Below, piece after piece: positions 1 through 15,529 of a stretch of 64,000 bases of DNA (position 1 is its first letter; the number at the start of each line of letters is the position of its first letter). A program made the position numbers and the translations under genes. Origin of the DNA: Tubiluchus corallicola (taxonomy: Eukaryota > Animalia > Priapulida); the NCBI GenBank assembly GCA_030141605.1, contig JAQGDQ010000015.1:806001-870000 (forward strand). The letters run 5' to 3'. The notes under the pieces are model-generated. The model did not search any database and had not been told where the DNA came from. It saw nothing but the letters and a program-made list of their open reading frames with translations.

Positions 1-326
1 TACGTCGATGCGACATTATCGTCTAGGTACTACACCACATTATCAGAAAACCAAGATCGAACAAATTAATTTATACATGAAATTTTGTAGAACTTTCAGT
101 TGATTATATAGGTTTATGCATAGTTATATACATAAATCTTTTGGTTTAAAATTCAAGCTAAATTAGTGAGCTTTTGAAGCTGTGAAATTGTTAAACAATT
201 TAACAGTGAGACAAACGCGACACTTTGTAAATTTGTCGTATGAGCTAAGTACACAATATCTTTTAATTTTATCATCTAATTAATATATTATAAATTGTAT
301 GCCTGCAAATAGAGGTTTAAAAAGAC

Positions 327-465
<139 letters not shown>

Positions 466-603
466 GTAGTGTGCAATTATTCTGAGATTCTGTTGTATAG
501 ATGGGAAGATTAATTATCAATGACTGTAATTTGTTCAAATCGGTTGAGATTCTTTTATTTATGCGTTGTTAATCAAAGTGTGTTTTCCATATTGCCAATT
601 ACG

Positions 604-699
604 TCATATACTTAGTCAGAGAATGTAATATGCGTCAGGCATATAGCGAACTTCATATACTTAGGCAGAGAATGTAATATTCGTCAGGCACATAGCGAA
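604..699. repeat. Tandem duplication, 2 x 49 bp
   Basis: TCATATACTTAGKCAGAGAATGTAATATKCGTCAGGCAYATAGCGAA at 604 and 653. Confidence 0.9.
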
Positions 700-3265
700 A
701 CTACATTCGCTGACTTAGTTCAGTTGGATTTTTTTAATTTTAGCTATTGTGAAGCTATTTTGCCATCCATTTTAATAATGCCGTTTCCTTATGCTCAAAC
801 CCGTGACTAACCTGTGATCCCTTGTGACCTTGTCCTTAACCCAACGTAAAATTAAAATGAATCGCTCAACTGAGACTCTGAATTACGACATATCTTTATC
901 TTCCCTAGTTTTTGTGAACTTGTGAGTTCATCCATTTTGTAGAAGTAAAGTAAGCATCCAAAGTGTAGAAGTTGAGCTCATAAGCTTCCGGTTAAAGGTG
1001 ATACTTGCCATTAATTCTAATACGGTACAAAAACATCTAACTTTTTGCACAACACAATCATGAATTCAAATGACAAAACTCGTCGTTGTTCGACTTTAGT
1101 GATTTGAAAATGAATAATATGCAATCTAATTTTTATTCGTTGTATGTAACCCACAAAAATGTAACCCATCTAGAACCAGTAGTAGACTATAATTAGTAAA
1201 CAATAACAGTACGGAAAAAATTGTAACCTGTCCTAAATTTGATCGCGATTGTGTCTTCTTAATTACATGAATTTATAGGTCTACTTTAACAACTGTAATA
1301 GGTTCATTACTGTATTTAAGAGGAATAACGTTACTGAAATAGTTTTAATGTTTGAAAATGTATGTATCACAAACTGTGTTTTTGTTTGTTGTTTAAATTA
1401 CGATTAAAAAATAATTATTATTCGTTACTAAAAATGAGCAATTTCGGAGCTTAGAAGAAACGGTTGGCAAGTGGGCTCTTATAACATGTTAAATCTGATT
1501 AAGATCACGAACAGAATGTAAATTAAATCTCGATACGGAAATAACAAGATATTTTAACAAGAGTATAATTACAAGAGCACAATTCTGAACCCGATGGATC
1601 ACACACAGAAGCTTTTAGTCAAAATGAAATGCATGTAAATGACGTATGACTAATAGTATACAGATTTAGAAGCAAAACTCTGATAATGAAATACATTTGC
1701 TTTTAAACCAAATCAACTTTGTTTTAGTCTCGTGTTTTTAATCGTCTGACATGTTTTAAAGGTTTTTACGAATTTACCCTAGTTTGTGCTCGTGCATCGC
1801 ATATGTCACCTACCTTATTTTCCATAAAATATAATTACTTATGGATGACCTCCCCTCTGCGAATTGAACTGAAATGAACAAGAAAACGATAAAATCACAA
1901 GAAAAAGCATTTGATTTTAAATAAAAAGCACATCCAACATATTTTTTGTTATTAGAAATATTGCGAAATTTCGAACTTGTCAAGCAAAAAATATATAATT
2001 TTTTTTTCAATTAATTTAGTCTTGTTCAGGTGACAATGTGCCTTGACTTTGAGTCAACAAGCTTCGAGATGACGGCTAAAACAAGATAATCTATGAGCAC
2101 TGGGAACGAGATTACTAAGAAAAATATGTACATGTATATACATAAAAGTGCATTTATGATAAGGCTGCCTGATATATATGCTATTTGTCATAAATGCACC
2201 TTCATGGGCCATCCAATTTTAATGCTTCGGTTTTGTTTCGTATCGCTGTTTTTCCACACTTTGAAGTGGCAAAACAGTCTTGCTTGCATTTTCTTTGAAA
2301 CAGTTGACTTCTTGTAGCCTAAAGCATCTGCCCGTAATGACAGAACTCATCCCCATGTGTCCTATTTGCTGAATTTATCGTCAAATTTGTTCTGGTGTAC
2401 GATCTTCGTGGGTGCCATGTTTTTAAACTTGTCCGTGCTGAAATTAGTCTTGAAATTACGGTAATTGTGCTGGTCGCAGGAGTGCCTCAGGTAATAGCTA
2501 CACTAAGTCAGTTTTACACTGCATTAGCGCGACAGATAGACAAGATATTGGGTAATCTGACATTCTTATGGAGCCCGAAGATGATTCTTCAAAAGCGATT
2601 GCAAAACCAAACGGACTCCTGCCATACATATCAAGGACATGCTACTGCATATGAAGCCTATTTAACCTTCTTTTTTTACTGTTGTTTTATTCAAATCTTA
2701 TAGTCTCAAACCGGCTTCAGTTTAGATTCGGAAGACGCTGAATTTCGGAAAACTGGATCTACCCGTTCGTTAATTCGCGCCGTCATGGGGCGTTCGCTGC
2801 ATGAGATTCCGTTCGCATTTGAACAAATCTTCGCTGATGGGAGCACCGCCAACGTTGTATAGCAAAATGTGAAGACTGTTAGTCTAAATCGTTACAGGAG
2901 TCTCTGTGTCACTTCACCATCTACAGCTGTCACAACTAATTTGGCTTGTCACGTGTGTCAACATTCCAGCACCACCATTTTAGTTTGTTGCACATCTTCT
3001 ACTAACTTATTTTCATTCTTTGATGCTGTTATTGTATAATGTGTATTGTCAGAAAGTACAGAAGTGTGGATCTCTTATTATAACGAAATAATAATGAATA
3101 GAATTTATAACGATAAATCTTCTTATTATCTTATGATGGTGATTGATGTCACATTAATCTTTCAAATCTATCATAGGCCACTGTTTCCATAGTAGGTGGC
3201 CGACATTTTGCGTGAAGATGTTACAAATCAGATCCTAATGGAGCCTGATTTTTTATTTCCTCACT

Positions 3266-3325
3266 ACGGCCCACAAACATGCCAGTTAAATGAACACGGC
3301 CCACAAATATGCCCGTTAAATGAAC
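3266..3325. repeat. Tandem duplication, 2 x 30 bp
   Basis: ACGGCCCACAAAYATGCCMGTTAAATGAAC occurs twice in tandem. Confidence 0.9.
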
Positions 3326-6065
3326 CTGCCCTGTATGTTGTTACTGTTACATTTGTGTGGTTTTTTTTATTCTAATGTAGAAATGGATCTACCCCAGCAA
3401 TGCGTATTCTAAATCCCAACGAAAAAATAGATTCTTGGCAATTCTTTCCACCATGGGTAAAATCTTCAAATAGCTTCTTTTAAAGAAATGAGCAAGAGGT
3501 GTTGGATACAAGCACATTAATGCTTTCACTTTAGTTTTGTCAATAAAAGGACAACTAAAGGACAACAACTGCTTAATATACAAGGTTGTTCTAAAGAAGC
3601 AAACTGAACGAGCAATTTAAATTTTGTCAGCTTATAATCTGATATTCGGGTTAACACACTTGTGAATATAATTATAGTAAAGTCAAAAGAACCCAGAGAA
3701 AGTTTAAATTTGTTATAATCTCACGATGATTAATTTTTCAGATTACTCAGAAATAAGCTTGTATGGTCTTGTTTTCATTTTGTAATCGAATTAAACTTAC
3801 AAATTTTCATCGAGCAAATGTCGATTTACTGTGCAAATTCTTACTTCAATGATGTCAGTCGTCGAAAAAGCATTTTTGGCCCGCGCTCACTGGCCAAGTA
3901 TGAGACTATGGTGACGTAAGTTGTTTTTATGTCCTCTTGTTACTTGAGGTTTTCATATTGTGGCAAAAATGACCAAGAAATTTACAATGCAATAAGCAAT
4001 ACCTACGACTCCATGGTAATCTCGTGACGTGCACGAACAACCAGTGGCCATTAAAAATATGCCCTTGGCTATATTTTACCTGATAATTTCCAAAGAGTTG
4101 ACTTTGGGACTTAACAGTTATCAATATTTTTTGTAATTTGTAAGTAACAGTTGTTTCATTGTTTCATATATTGTACTATGGTCTGCGTGTACAGGTGCGA
4201 AACTGTAATTCGTTTGTATTATATTGATGAACGACATTGATAATTATGGTAACAGTAGAGAAGTCACCATAGAGTATAAATTACTTGTCTATTTTATTCA
4301 GAGATATACACGGCACAGTTTTCGGCATGAGCAGCTTTTTATTTCTCGTAGCTACTACATTCAAGAAAATGCTTTCAAGGACGCCCTGTAAAACATGAAC
4401 AAAACACGACAATGACGACATCTGTTAGGTTAGCTTTTTGAACAATTTCATAAACTTTCAGGCAAAACTCTGAGACGCATATTTATGTAATCATTACTGA
4501 GAACATTTTTATTTTGTCTTACACTTAAGCTCATTCAATCTGGCCGCGCTTTTGGTGAGCATTTCGTGAATGACAGGCTCTCATTATCGGCTAGTCAAGC
4601 ATTCCGTCGAAATCAAATGACATTTTTAAGGATGATGCGTGCACGCTTGAGCGCCATCACCTGAGTGAAACTGAAACCACCGTAACACACCTTTCTTTTA
4701 TTAATTACTCGTGTTACTGACAGTCTAATGATCCCATTCAGGACAACTTTGTCTGTTTTCCTAATAAATAACATTGGTGATGAGATGGGAGGGATGGCTG
4801 ATACTCAACCTGATAGTGAGAAAACCTGCTACTTTAATAAGCCTTACTAAAGACAATCACGTTGGAGAGCAGCTCGATAATTTAAAAAAAATTAAAATAC
4901 ACAATTTTAAAGACGTTCTAATTTTTAAAAAAAGTTTTTTGAATGGTATAGAAATGAATCGAAACTGTTTCTGCAAGCTTAAATACAAAACACAAAAGTG
5001 TACCGCAATTTTTGCAGATAAAAGCCATTTCCTTAGCATAATGTAATGCCGGTTTGAATCCAGGCTTACCGGAGCCCAGGAGGCATTGGTTCAATGCTGG
5101 ATTATGCAGCCATTTTGTTACGAAAAGTACGGCTTCATATTTTAAAAATTTTCTGCATAACATTTAGATTTCAACACTGAGAAACGCACACTGAAGCTAA
5201 AGTTTAACACTTCATCCAGGTTGCTTCTATTGTACGTATGCGCATGAATTGTACTAACCTGACGTAGAACGCCCTTAGTCATGACGTATCAAAGATCGCA
5301 GTTAGTAGGAGGCCCAGCGGTTCCTCGTTTCCGTGATTCTCCGGTACTTCTGAGGGGGGTCGTAAGGTACGTCTGTTAATCCATACTACTGGCAAAAATT
5401 CTGAATGTCAGAGACTTTGAATCTGCTCTAGATAAAGGCACATTCACACCTGAGCGGCCCATTGTGTTTCATTACCAACATTAAAATTTATTAATTAAAT
5501 TTTATCCCACTACTAGCCCTGATTACTGTTTTATAAGCAACATGCAACAGGTTAATGTATAGGTAAGTCTATTTATTTAAGTTCTCAAAAACATGATGTT
5601 TTTATCCAGATTGGCATTCAAGCAAGTTTTCTTTTTTAATTTAGCAGTTTTTAGTAACATTTATTATACAGTTTCCTTGATAGGTAAAGTATATAGAAAT
5701 TTTGTGATAATTGCTACTCTAGTTTCAAAAGGTTATCACTTCTTTAGCTGTCAGCCTATTTTATAAAAGTAACTTAGTGTTGTCATTAACGGTTTCATTC
5801 ATCCTGCTCAGGTTGTCCATGACATGCTTGTCCATTTTTTTCAAAGACTGCAAAAATGCTATCGTAATGAAAAGGTGTAGTCCTCTTGGAGCATAGTAAT
5901 ACCATAACCCACTTTATAGGCCCTTTTGCGAGCCAAACTAACTCCTCGGATGGTATTGTTGACAATGTGGTAAGGAAAAGAATAGTAGGAGACGATGTGA
6001 CTGTGAAGAACAGAGAACACCTGAAGTTAGTACACGAGTCTCCCTTTAGGCGCTGTAGTATTTAA

Positions 6066-6138
6066 CCCTTACCCATCTGACCGTGTATATTTTGGGACAA
6101 ACCTTTATTCACCAGCTCAGCTTTGGGTAATGGTAGGG
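6066..6138. mobile_element. Possible miniature piggyBac-type element (73 bp)
   Basis: TTAA-CCCTTACCCAT...ATGGTAGGG-TTAA: TTAA on both sides (6062-6065 and 6139-6142) with CCCT/AGGG termini. Confidence 0.4.
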
Positions 6139-9100
6139 TTAACATACAGAGTGATGGTCTCTTCCTCTGTCCGTGGCTGTTGGAACGGAAAAGCACATTA
6201 CCTAAACCTAGCAACACTCCGTGTAGGTGAATAGGGGAATGTAGACAGTCTGTCTAGCGCCCAAATTTCATCTCTTTTCATTCAGGGCCTCTTCAGTTGC
6301 TGTAAATCAGCCGCCATTGTGTATCTGTCGGTGGGAGGAGGGAAGAATGAACCGGCGAAGAATAGTTCGGACGACGATAAGCTGCCAGAATCCAAGTTTT
6401 GACAGCATCTGGACAATGGATAAATCGAACGGCGGGAAAACAAAAGAAAGGCAATTAGTATATTTAGTAATTTTAGATATCTAAATGAAAGGCTGAGGGC
6501 GGATTCATCACAAAGTCAAGCGCATAAGAAAGTGTTTTCTGCCGCTAGTCCAACACACCCTGGCAACTTATGAACTTATCACTATTCTCCCCATCCTTTT
6601 CCTTGTCCCCAGAAAACTCAAGGACCATAGCTGTGTAACCGTTTTTCTGGTTGTTTTGCTATATTTTCGTCAAAAGACCATCAATCTCATCAGCTTCTCC
6701 ACAGGTAACAATTTCCGTTTAATGATCGCCATGAAGATTGAAAAATAACAATGGCAAATCGCCGTTAATAGTGTTATGGCAAGCAGTGTGCTTTATCATC
6801 ACAAACTTACACGTGGACACTTAATTATACCAAGTTAGTCTACTGTATTTTCCCTAGAAAAAACACATTCTAAATAATTAAAATTATGATAATAATAAGT
6901 TAACTGATTTAGTAGTGGATTACGCAATACACAGGCATATGTTTGCGTTTTGCCGGAATGTGTTGTATATAGAATTTGGAAGTTGTTGATAGACGTACAT
7001 ATATTACATACGTAAAATAACAATAAATAAACAACAAAATTAATCATATGCACAATTTCTGGCCTAAACAAAAGCATGGGACACAAGCGTTACTAAGAGT
7101 GTTTAAGATTGTTAATCACCAATTCGTGCTCCCCACGCATCCACCCTACTAGTTTGAAACAACATCCCGCGGCTTCTTTGGAGGTTGGTATAACGAGGTT
7201 TTAATCCGAAAGAGGAGCACTATAGGCGTGAGGTCGATGTTTGCTCAAACCGGGCGATGTGTGGAAATCACTACCTTTGTGTAAATACATGCATGAATAG
7301 GAACGATGCTTAACTGTGTTTGCGTTGTGTCAACATTTTGCTAATAAAGTGCAATACAAAGCTCACAAAACTGTTTGTGCTATGAAAATCGGAGAGTAGT
7401 TACAATGCCACATTATCAGTCATTCGATAAAATGACATTTTATTTAAACATTCAATTATTTAATAAAATGTTCTTATTTTTTTAAAATCTGTTAAAATAA
7501 ACAACTTATTTTAAGCTATAAAAACAAAAAGCATAAATTACAGTGATGTATTGATATAAAAAGGTTTTTGTACTAAAGAAATGGGATAAATTGGGTTATT
7601 TTTCTGGTACTGTAAGTTAGTATATATATAATGAAAACAATAAATTGTAAATTATAAATGTAAAACGAATCTATACAGTATGGTGTATTTTTCAATGTCA
7701 TAAAGTACAATAAAAACACTGATCTATTTCTGATTTGATCTATTCTGTTAAACATGACACAGGGCATGACCGCATTGTCATAGAGCATAATTACGGTACT
7801 TTTTGTAATAAGCCTACTTCTATTTCCGCGAAAAAAATTACAAATAATAGTTTATATTTCATTACTCAAGTATGCTAAGTTCTTAGGAATTACTGATAAG
7901 ATATTTGAAATCACTATCTTTCTTTTAATCAGTCATGAGCTGTTACTGCAAAATTTGGCATAGCTAATGTTGCAGCTTTACTTGTATATATTATCAGGTG
8001 GAAATTATACAGAATTAAACAAAGTCGAATATAATTTTTGCGGCCTGAAAATAATTAATTATTAACTAGTTAATTAGTGATACAAGTTCAAATAATGCGC
8101 TTGCATGTTGTTGTACATTTAAACTAATTTTGTGCTATAAGAAAATATTCCGCGTTTCATGCAGCAACAACGTTCATTTACTTGTTCGTTGTGCACGGTT
8201 GATTGCTCGTGCAGGTAAATGCAACACCTGTAATTATTTAAACACTAAAATGGCTTGCCACTGAGATCTCTGTTGGAGATAATCGTAGGGAAATTTTTAA
8301 CAAGTTCACGGAAAAAAGGAGTTTTTGTTTACTTACGAGTAAATCCGCTTCGATTTTCTACTCAACTCAGGAGGAATGGTTGCTAAAATATATAAAATAT
8401 GCTAAAATAAGCAAACTCTTTAACTTCATAAAAAACAGAATAGCCCAGACTATTTTTTCTAAGTAATCATATGTTTTACAGGAAATGGGACCGAGTTTTA
8501 TGGAAACGTTTATATTTCACAATAAGACATGTGTGTTAATTTAAAAACTTAATACTAAACAAAAGTATTTCGGTAATGTTATTGTTATGGCTTAGTTCAT
8601 GAAGTTACTCTACTGTGGTTTCTGGCGTATTTTGCGAGATAGTTGCTTAAAAAAAGATCCCAAGAATTTAGGCTATTTAGCTCAAAAAAGTGTTACAAGA
8701 AACTAATTAATGTACTGCTTCAAAGGCTAAAATTTATGCATTGTATATATTTTATTGATATTTATCATATTTTTAAAGTCAACAAGGTAAACTTTATCCC
8801 ATGTAAACTTCTGTAAATTTAATCGTAAATGTTTCACATCACTTTTATATAAGGCCTTCAGCGTAAGAGCTATTAACCCTTAGTAAATTTAATCGTAAGC
8901 TCATTCTGTTTTTTGTTTTATAAATGTTCTAATAAATGAAATTCAGGAGTAGGTGGGCCTCATAATAAAAAATATAATTTTTTTAAACCAATTTCATTAT
9001 TAACTATTTAATTACAAATATTGGAAGCACGGTTACACTGCTTTAACCTATTTTTATAACAGTCGTCTGCCAAACGACTTTTCTAAATGTAGTAGAGATT

Positions 9101-12100
9101 TTAAACGTCTATTATTCCAACGTTACGAAAATCAAGAAGGAGCTGTCCAATTATTATAGGCCTAGTCCTACAGTCGAACACTTGTAATAATAATAATAAT
9201 ACTTCTAACCTTAAATAATCATGTTATAGCAGTTTTCACTGTAATCTGTAATTGAGGCTGTACATTAAGAACTAGGCTATACGTATTGCAAAATTATCTT
9301 TGTTTTGCTTGTCCACTAAAACCTATTCTCTCGTCCGCTTTCTGGTGCTTCAAACTCCCTCTTTAGTGCTCTTTGACAGTGGAGATGAGCTACAAAAATT
9401 TTATTATTGAATCGGTGCTATTGAATCTATAAGAATCCATGAACTGAATTGTTTATCTATGTGTAAGAAGAAATTGCTTCATTAAGTGCATTTTGTTTAA
9501 TTAAATCCAATCTCACAGTTCCGTGCGCTGACAGATACTAGCTCTATTGCTTGTTAAGTACATGTTTCCCGGACGGCTGGGCACGGTTCTCCTGACAATG
9601 CCAGACTTGTAATGTCTAATCATACATAGGCGGATTAACAGAGATTAACAGGGAGATTACAAAGCAACTAGTGTGGAGAAATCTGTAAATCTCACAGTAA
9701 CAAATAGGTTTAACAGGACAGCTTTGGTTTAGCGATGAGGTACACATATCTGGAATTAAAGGCGCTTATTTTCGGGCTGTACATTCTCACCGTAAACACG
9801 TTTAAGAAGTATGGAAATTATTTAATTTAGGGAAGCACTAATCTACGTGGAATTACATACAACCGCCTTTGCAAGAATGTGCTATATTACTCTACAATTA
9901 CGTCTTATAGATTTAAGTTTAATTTAAAAATTAAATTCCGTATTTTAGTATTTCTGATATTTCAATAAGGAAAAGCAATAGAAATGTTTATTGTTTGAAA
10001 TTTTCTTGTACCAAAAAATTCAAAGAAGTAAGCTGTAAATCAAATATTATTAACTTTACCGTTAGCAAAAGACAACGTAATTAACCAAAAAGTGAAATTA
10101 AACGAACAGCTCGTCCAATGTTGATGGTTTATCTAAAGCACAGCTTAGTGAAAAGAAGACGCTTCTAAAGCACTTGTGTATATGTAAACATTTCATCTGC
10201 TTGTTGTCATTACTTCGCAACTAAACACGTACTCGAATGTAGGAGCACGTCAAGGTACTTGCACTGCTTCTCTACTGCTTGTTTATTTTGAATGCTTCCT
10301 TCAGAATGAAGTAGTCACTCACGGGAGTGTTTCCTTGTGGGGTAAAGTTTCTCAAGATGTGATGCTTGTAAATGACTCTAAAACTCGACGGCAACATACT
10401 AAATGAGAAGCAATAATTAATGTGTTAATTGACATATCAGTACTTATTTGCTGGTTTAGACCTGTACCAATTTCCGTTTCTTCAGTTACTTATGCATGCC
10501 TTTTTTAATACATAAAAAATACTACAATCGGTCATTAGTATTTTTTTTTATGAAATTCTGTTTTTGTACTTTTTGTTCATGTCCTGTATTTTTTGTCCAA
10601 AGTGCCGGATTTTGGACGCGCCCTGTCGGATTCTTGTTAATTAACATACCTCCGTGATATCATCAGTCAGCAATTAGGGAGACAATTAGAAGTTAGCCGT
10701 CAGCATCAGTAGCACAGGAGCATTTGCGCTGCAGATGTTGCCTCCTCCATTCATTTTAGGCTTGTTACAGAGAGAAATGAACTGGTGTAAAAATATGCCA
10801 GCTAACTGGTCCTGAAGCTGCGAACGGAGCAGCAGATGCTTGGTACGCTACTTAAGCAGCGGGAGGAGTGAAGCAACTTGACTGTTTTTTCTTTTCAATA
10901 ATTTAAGCTCTGCATATACAAGAAAATGTTTAAATGTTTAGATTTTGATTATTCAACTTGTTTTGACTGCGAGTTGAATAAATACAGGAAAACGGTTTTT
11001 TGTATTTTTGTAAACGACTGTTATTTGCGTATGATGTTACTTCTACATGAATAATTGCAGAATAGGCTTGTGGAGAATAAAAACTGAAAAAACTAATATA
11101 GGTCCAGTCAAATTAAATTTGAAAACCAAAGCAGTAACGTTTATGAACACAATACCTTACACGGTTACTTGTATACAATTTGTGTATAATTTTGACAAAT
11201 AGAAAAGGTGATATAGGGTTTACTAATAATGATTTTTGCTGTGCAGGTTACAAAAATTTTATTCAACTGGCCAAAACTGGTTATTCTTCTATACGGCGTA
11301 GCTTCGCGTATTCATTGCTAGTTCGTCAGCGTTGAAAAAGAAAATGTCTGTCTTTTGTTAAGTGTGTAAAGTAAAAAACTAATTTGCCAGGTTCCCATAA
11401 CAGGGAACAACGTTGCATACACATAAGTTACGACCTTGTGATTTTAAGGGAGGGTCATAAATGCATGCATGTGCGGTAGGCATACCACGCCCTATGACAT
11501 CTAATCTTGCGTTATTTTCTGTATAAGCTTTGTTCTTGCTTTTTTTGCTCAGGTTCGTCCTATAACAAAAGTGTTTTATCAGCAAAAGGACACTACTTTT
11601 TAATTTTTTAAATGTTTAAATTTGCTTAGGTATTTAGTGTGCGAACATGTGCATCTAAGTTGTCGATTAGTTATATCAACAAAAATGTTAGAACCTGTTC
11701 GTACATAGTTACGTGCAGTGTTGCTCGTTAATATAACTTACCATATTACACCCTTGTACAAAAGCTGTGGGGTTATTTCTCTAGCCTAGCACAAAGATTT
11801 TCAAAACAAATACACTGTATTATTGGATTTAGCTCTCAAATAAACCACTAAAAGGCCGTGTAAACATTAAGTTAACATTTTCTCGCTCATGTGACGTCAC
11901 GCATACCACACACAGGCTTTGGGAAGCCATAATATTGACCAGGCGAAAATTTCTGTTTTTTGCCAACAAAGACAACAATTTAACCAGGCAGGCGTTAATA
12001 AGTTGGCGTTTTTGTTTGTTTTACGGTTTTGCGTTAATTATACTTGTTTGTTCTTACTGCCTAGAAAATTTTGGGGTGGGGTCAAGTAAATTTTCAAATA

Positions 12101-12892
12101 TTCGCTTTTAAAAATAGCATTACATGATTTTAAGGCGTAATACAAAACTATATATATATATATATATATATAACTCGCAACTAAAGAAAAAGGCCTATAA
12201 TATGTTCATGGGTATAATAATAACACACACTGTGCATTTAACAGAAATATAGTTTGTCAAATTTGTATAGTTTGTGATTATAGTACATAAACACTTCTAT
12301 CTAAATTACGTTTGCTCTCAATTTCTGTAAAATTTAAAGGAAGATAGGATGATTTTTAATATACAAACCGATTTTCAAATCCGATAAAACGTATACATTT
12401 TAACATTATTAATACTGGAAAAGCGTTTCTGATAATGAAATAATGGATTAAAAACTCATTTAACGGTGGGGGAGCCCAATTACTATTGATGACATCACCA
12501 ACTAACACAATTTTCAACAGCAAAAATATTCCACGAGCGTGTTGCACATGTTTGCGAAGCGAAAAGTGAAGTACAATGCTACTGTAAAATACTCAGTTTG
12601 TTGTACTAAAACTAGGCAAGTTTTAAGATAAAACTTCAAATTTTCCGCTGAGTGGTACAGCACCTGCTTTTTGTGCAATGCGTTTCCGAAATGCAGGGGC
12701 TAGTGCCCGTTTAACTAGCACATGGCGAAATGCATGTAACAGCGAAGAACTAGGGGCGCAAACGTGAAATTGTGTTTATGTGATAATAATTCTTTCACAT
12801 AAGGAATTTTTGGAAAAACAGTATGTTTCCTTTCAATATTTAAAGAGTAGATTGTTTTGACCTACAGTTTAAGATTGCGTCCGGTTTTGCTT

Positions 12893-12977
12893 TATATATA
12901 TATGTATGTATATATATATATATATTATTATATATTTATTATTATTTATATTTATTATATTATAATATTATAATATG

Positions 12978-13048
<71 letters not shown>

Positions 13049-13050
13049 AT
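12893..13050. repeat. (TA)n-rich microsatellite
   Basis: Directly visible. Confidence 0.95.
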
Positions 13051-15529
13051 AAATAAATTATATTTTTTAGGCTTTTTCCTAATTAAAATTAGTTTTCTCG
13101 TCCCACCGTAACAAATAATATTTAATTATTATTTTAACACGTTAAATAAATTTTAATTAAAGTCTATTAAATTTGTAGTGCAAATAATCACCATAATAAC
13201 TGTAAGAAAATTGCAACTAAATAATTACAGCAGTGTTTGCACATTTTTTATTCGTAATAAATTACGCCTGTCTTTAATATTTCTGATAAAATCCCCTAAC
13301 AAACAAAGTATACCTGCAGCTGATGTTGCTTTGTTGTCGTCTTTTTCATTAAGCGATACGGTGTGGGTTTACAGGCGAAGAATTATGGGATCGACACGTG
13401 ACCGGATATCAAAAAGTGTCATCGCTTCATATTTAAGCGACAATATTAGCCTGCCAATACTGTAAACTGCTTGCCATAAGTCAAATTAACACTATAATTA
13501 TAAGCTTGATAAGCCTTATTAGTTTGTGTAATGAATAAATGAATAGTCTGGCCTAACAAAATTGGCTACTTTGTTGTATTTATTATATGTAACCGCAACA
13601 TTAGGTGACTTTGATGTAGGGCAATTTATATGTATGAGTAATTGTATGCAATTGTTGATTCATGTAAAATTTGGGTGGAATAACGTAAGTTCACATTTTG
13701 CTTATGCTCCTGTTAAACTTTAGAGCTTTCATATCAAAATATTTTCAAAAATTTTATCAATGTTTCAAAGACATGAATAAAAATTTTCTATTAAATTTTA
13801 TTGATAATACAGATTTTGATTATACACATTAGGAATGATCTCATTAAGTTAAACGACTTTTTGCGAATAATTTCTCTTTCAGATATTTTTAGAGTATTGT
13901 CTGTGTAGCATTGAAAATGAGTAAAACAACATACGAATTTGTTATTTTTACTTAAAACAGACGACCATTATTTACATAATTTATATACATGCACTGTTCT
14001 AGTGACAAACTTACAGACGCTAGAAGTCGCGACAAACTACGTTAATAAATCATATATCATTAATACATTCATATATACATAGCTATACACAACAATACTG
14101 TTCTGGGCGAATCCTTGAATTAATCTTTCTTTTAGGTTTTTGTACAAAATTAATTGGACAATTCAAACGCTAGAATACAGTAACCTATACAGATAGCATT
14201 TTTGATTATCATTTTTTGAGAATGAGCAAAGCTCAAGCTTAACATTATTTCTTATAGTTTACACAATTTTGACAACAATAACAATGCACATTACAAAACT
14301 ATTTTACCCTGTAAGTTTGGAAGATTAATAATAAATTCCTCGCTCGCAAGCACAAAATAAAAATGTGGAAAAAGACATTTTACTCTACAGCTTGATACCA
14401 TACAAAGGAAAACTTTACAGAAACAGTTGTTAGTCAAGTTTGTTATTCTTATCAGTTCGAACTAACATTGCTAAATTGACAATTATTTAATTTATTTATT
14501 TCTTGAATAAGTTAAGGAATTTGGCACAAAATATGCAAACACGGAAAAAATTTAAAGCACATGCAATTGACAAAATACAGTCTTACACTTGAAATTTTAA
14601 TGATTGATGCAGAACCTTGTTTAATAAAAGATATAACAAATGAAAATAATTTTCAGGTAAACAAAACATAATTTTAGTGCAGTAAAAAGCATTATCATTT
14701 TGTCAAATTATTCCTACATTTTGCTTTCTTGTAAGTCCATAACCGCACAGAGAAAAATGTGAAGAATAAATCCCTGCACTATCACTTTTGACATGCTCAT
14801 ATAAATTTCAGCTTTTATAAATACGTACAAATCAATAGTTTCCAAGTGGGCCAAGAACAAAAATTAATGAAGAAAAAAAGACAAGTTGTCATAATAAAGT
14901 AAATATTCCAGACAACATGTATGAATAATCCTGGATATTTGCACTACAAAATTTAAAATAGGACCCGGGTCCTGCAATGCCTGTGCGGCAAGATCTCAAA
15001 CTGTCTTACACTTTAAATTTTACATATTTATGAGAAAGGTTGGATGAATTTCGACTCCCCGTCGAACAAAATTGATCCCCTCTATAAGCCAACACATATT
15101 GAACAGATCAATACCCCTAGAGATTGAGATTTCTGTTACGTCTGTAAGGGTTACAGCATTTGAAACAGGGGGTTTAGCGCACCCAATTACAGAACAAAAT
15201 GCAGAACGAAAATCGTTTGATTGCCCAGTCCACGGCGTAGAAAACTGCATAAATAATTGGCTGTAGGTTTGAGGAATAATACCCAGAGAAAATAACTCAC
15301 CGGGTGAGCAGTTTTAGAAAGAAAACTGTAGTGGAAGAGAGAGACTAATTTCATGCATATGAGAATGTGGAAACTCGCTTTTAGATCAGTAATAACGTTT
15401 GTGTATTAAATATGGTCTACAAATATTTTGTGAATTTTTAGTATTGCATTTCCATAGTTGCGTTTAGAAATATATGCATGCATGTAGGTACATTTGTAGC
15501 AAATATATTATGTAGCTCAACTGACACGT

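Noticed and set aside
604-699. CRISPR-like repeats
   Set aside because: Adjacent tandem copies without spacers, in eukaryotic DNA.
3189-5315. Forward CTCF-like motifs at 3189 and 5302 that would converge with those at 53-55 kb
   Set aside because: Both miss the 5' CC of the core; too weak to support.
5812-5970. Possible plus-strand exon ending at GTAAGG
   Set aside because: No consistent frame with a good acceptor and no recognisable protein similarity.
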